Shown here one piece after another: positions 62,327-64,000 of a stretch of 64,000 bases of DNA. Origin of the DNA: Octopus sinensis (lineage: Eukaryota); NCBI RefSeq assembly GCF_006345805.1, contig NC_043006.1, positions 32,302,001 to 32,366,000 of the forward strand, in the 5' to 3' direction. The notes under the pieces are model-generated. The model saw only the letters and a list, made by a program, of their open reading frames with translations, made no database searches and was not told where the DNA came from. The stretch's first letter is position 1, and every line of letters begins with the position of its first letter. The position numbers were made by a program, and so were the translations under genes.

Positions 62327-64000
62327 CGCACATGTATACACACATACACACATGTATACATATACATATGCATACATATACATACATTATATACACATTC
62401 ATATATAATATTTATATATACACACACATCCCCATATAAACATACACATACACACCCTGGGGTCGATGCAATCGACTTGCCTCTACTCTACAAAATAGTT
62501 GGCCTTATGCCGGAATTTAAAGCTGATATTAGCACCGCGAAAGAAAGTTGCGAACCAGCAGAATCGTTTGCATGCCGGACAAAATACTTAGCGGCATTTC
62601 ATCTGTCTTTACATTCTAAGTTAAAATTCTGCCGAGGTCGGCTTTGCCTTTTATCCTTTCGGGGTCGATAAAATTAGTACCAGTTGAACACTGGGGTCGA
62701 TATAATCGACTTACACCTTACCCCAAAATTGCTGGCCTTATGCCAAAATTTGAACCCAATATATTCGACAAACCCTTCCTCTAAATATTTCTGGCTTCGT
62801 GTCTGTAGTAGAAAGGATATTAGCACGGTCAGAGGGTCGTGGAGCGTCTGAGCAGTAAATAATGTTCCTTGCAGTGAATTTATGTTGTTCCCAAATCCTA
62901 TCAAAGCCAATTTTTCTTTTCATCGTTACCGGACGGCAAATTATAGTACCAGTCACATATTATGGTCGATATTAGTGTCCTTGGATCACTAATAAAAAAT
63001 CAATATTAGCATTTGAAGACTGATTTGCTCCGTTCAGAATGATTCCATCTGTGAATGTGTGTTCATTGTCTCCAGACTTCTGTTTGCTCGATGCATAGAA
63101 ATGATCTAAAGCTATTCATAGCATACAAGTAAAGTTTTGTTCCAGCAGCTGGAATACAGTGAACCCATTGTAGATCGTGTCAACTGATTCTGCTAAATAA
63201 CGATTTGAAATGCCAACTGGATTCTTCTTCAGTTAGTTATGTCCTTGCCTCACCACAGATGTTAAACGGTTTTTTGTTTCCATTTTTGTTTATTTGCTTT
63301 AATTTTTATCTATTTATTCTGTCCTCACGGCAGACTAACATTTCTCAATAAGTGCGTTTTAATACTCAAGTAAAGCTTAGCAAAACTACCTCTACCCGAA
63401 AGCAACGACCATTTAGAAAATCAACTTTTTGTTTGGCCTTGAAAATGTCCACTTATTTCCAAATAATCTTTTCCTTCTTGATAGTTCGCTAATTTATATT
63501 TTTATTCAACAGTTTCCGCTGTTATTCTATGTTTAATTGGTATTAAAAATATCAAGAAGTGTCAAAAGAATAAAAAATATGTAAAAAAAAAAAATGTTAA
63601 ATTGTGTCGCAGAAGTAGCAAACATTATTAATTAAATATTTTTGCTAAAATTCCAGTAAATTCTTTATTAAGGTATTTAGTATTCTGCTCTGGTTCACAC
63701 TCCAGACATAAATTGCTGTTGTTATCGTCGTCGTTGTTGTTCTTGTTTTCGATTTATTTTAATCACGTCACAGCAACCGTTTTCTAACAGAAAAAAACCC
63801 AGGAGTGAAGTGGGTAGAGCATAGTATTAATAGTTTATGCTGTATACAATTCTACTCCATCGGTAGTGTGCATTAGGGAGCGATGGTAAGTTCACGAGCT
63901 GGCAGAATCGTTAGCGCGCCGGGCGAAATGCTTAGCGGTATTTCGTCTGTCATTACGTCCTGAGTTCAAATTCCGCCGTGGTCGACTTTGCCTTTCATCC

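Overview
AT-rich, microsatellite-saturated metazoan genomic DNA. The SINE, mariner and LINE families look like those of Octopus (inference from recalled repeat families; no search was run). No host protein-coding gene can be confidently called, and almost all ORF-track entries are translations of simple repeats. The one long clean ORF (4340-5692) is the reverse transcriptase of a 5'-truncated CR1/L2-group LINE. The rest of the window is layered transposon debris: at least five tRNA-derived SINE families (labelled A-E here), RTE, R4/Dong-like and Penelope-like retroelement remnants, a LINE AP-endonuclease remnant, mariner/Tc1 fragments and Helitron-like non-autonomous ends. The signal not explained by the ORF track is a set of type-I hammerhead-ribozyme-like motifs, all readable copies having a palindromic stem III (the dimer-cleaving architecture known from Penelope-like elements). 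They sit in a tandem dimer, in or between long inverted repeats, and behind a tRNA-like head, which suggests several retrozyme-like non-autonomous families. Also notable: an RTE remnant ending in three C2H2 zinc fingers, a LINE/SINE shared 3' hairpin with a compensatory base pair, TSD-flanked SINE monomer/dimer/trimer and chimera, and repeated fold-back inverted duplications.
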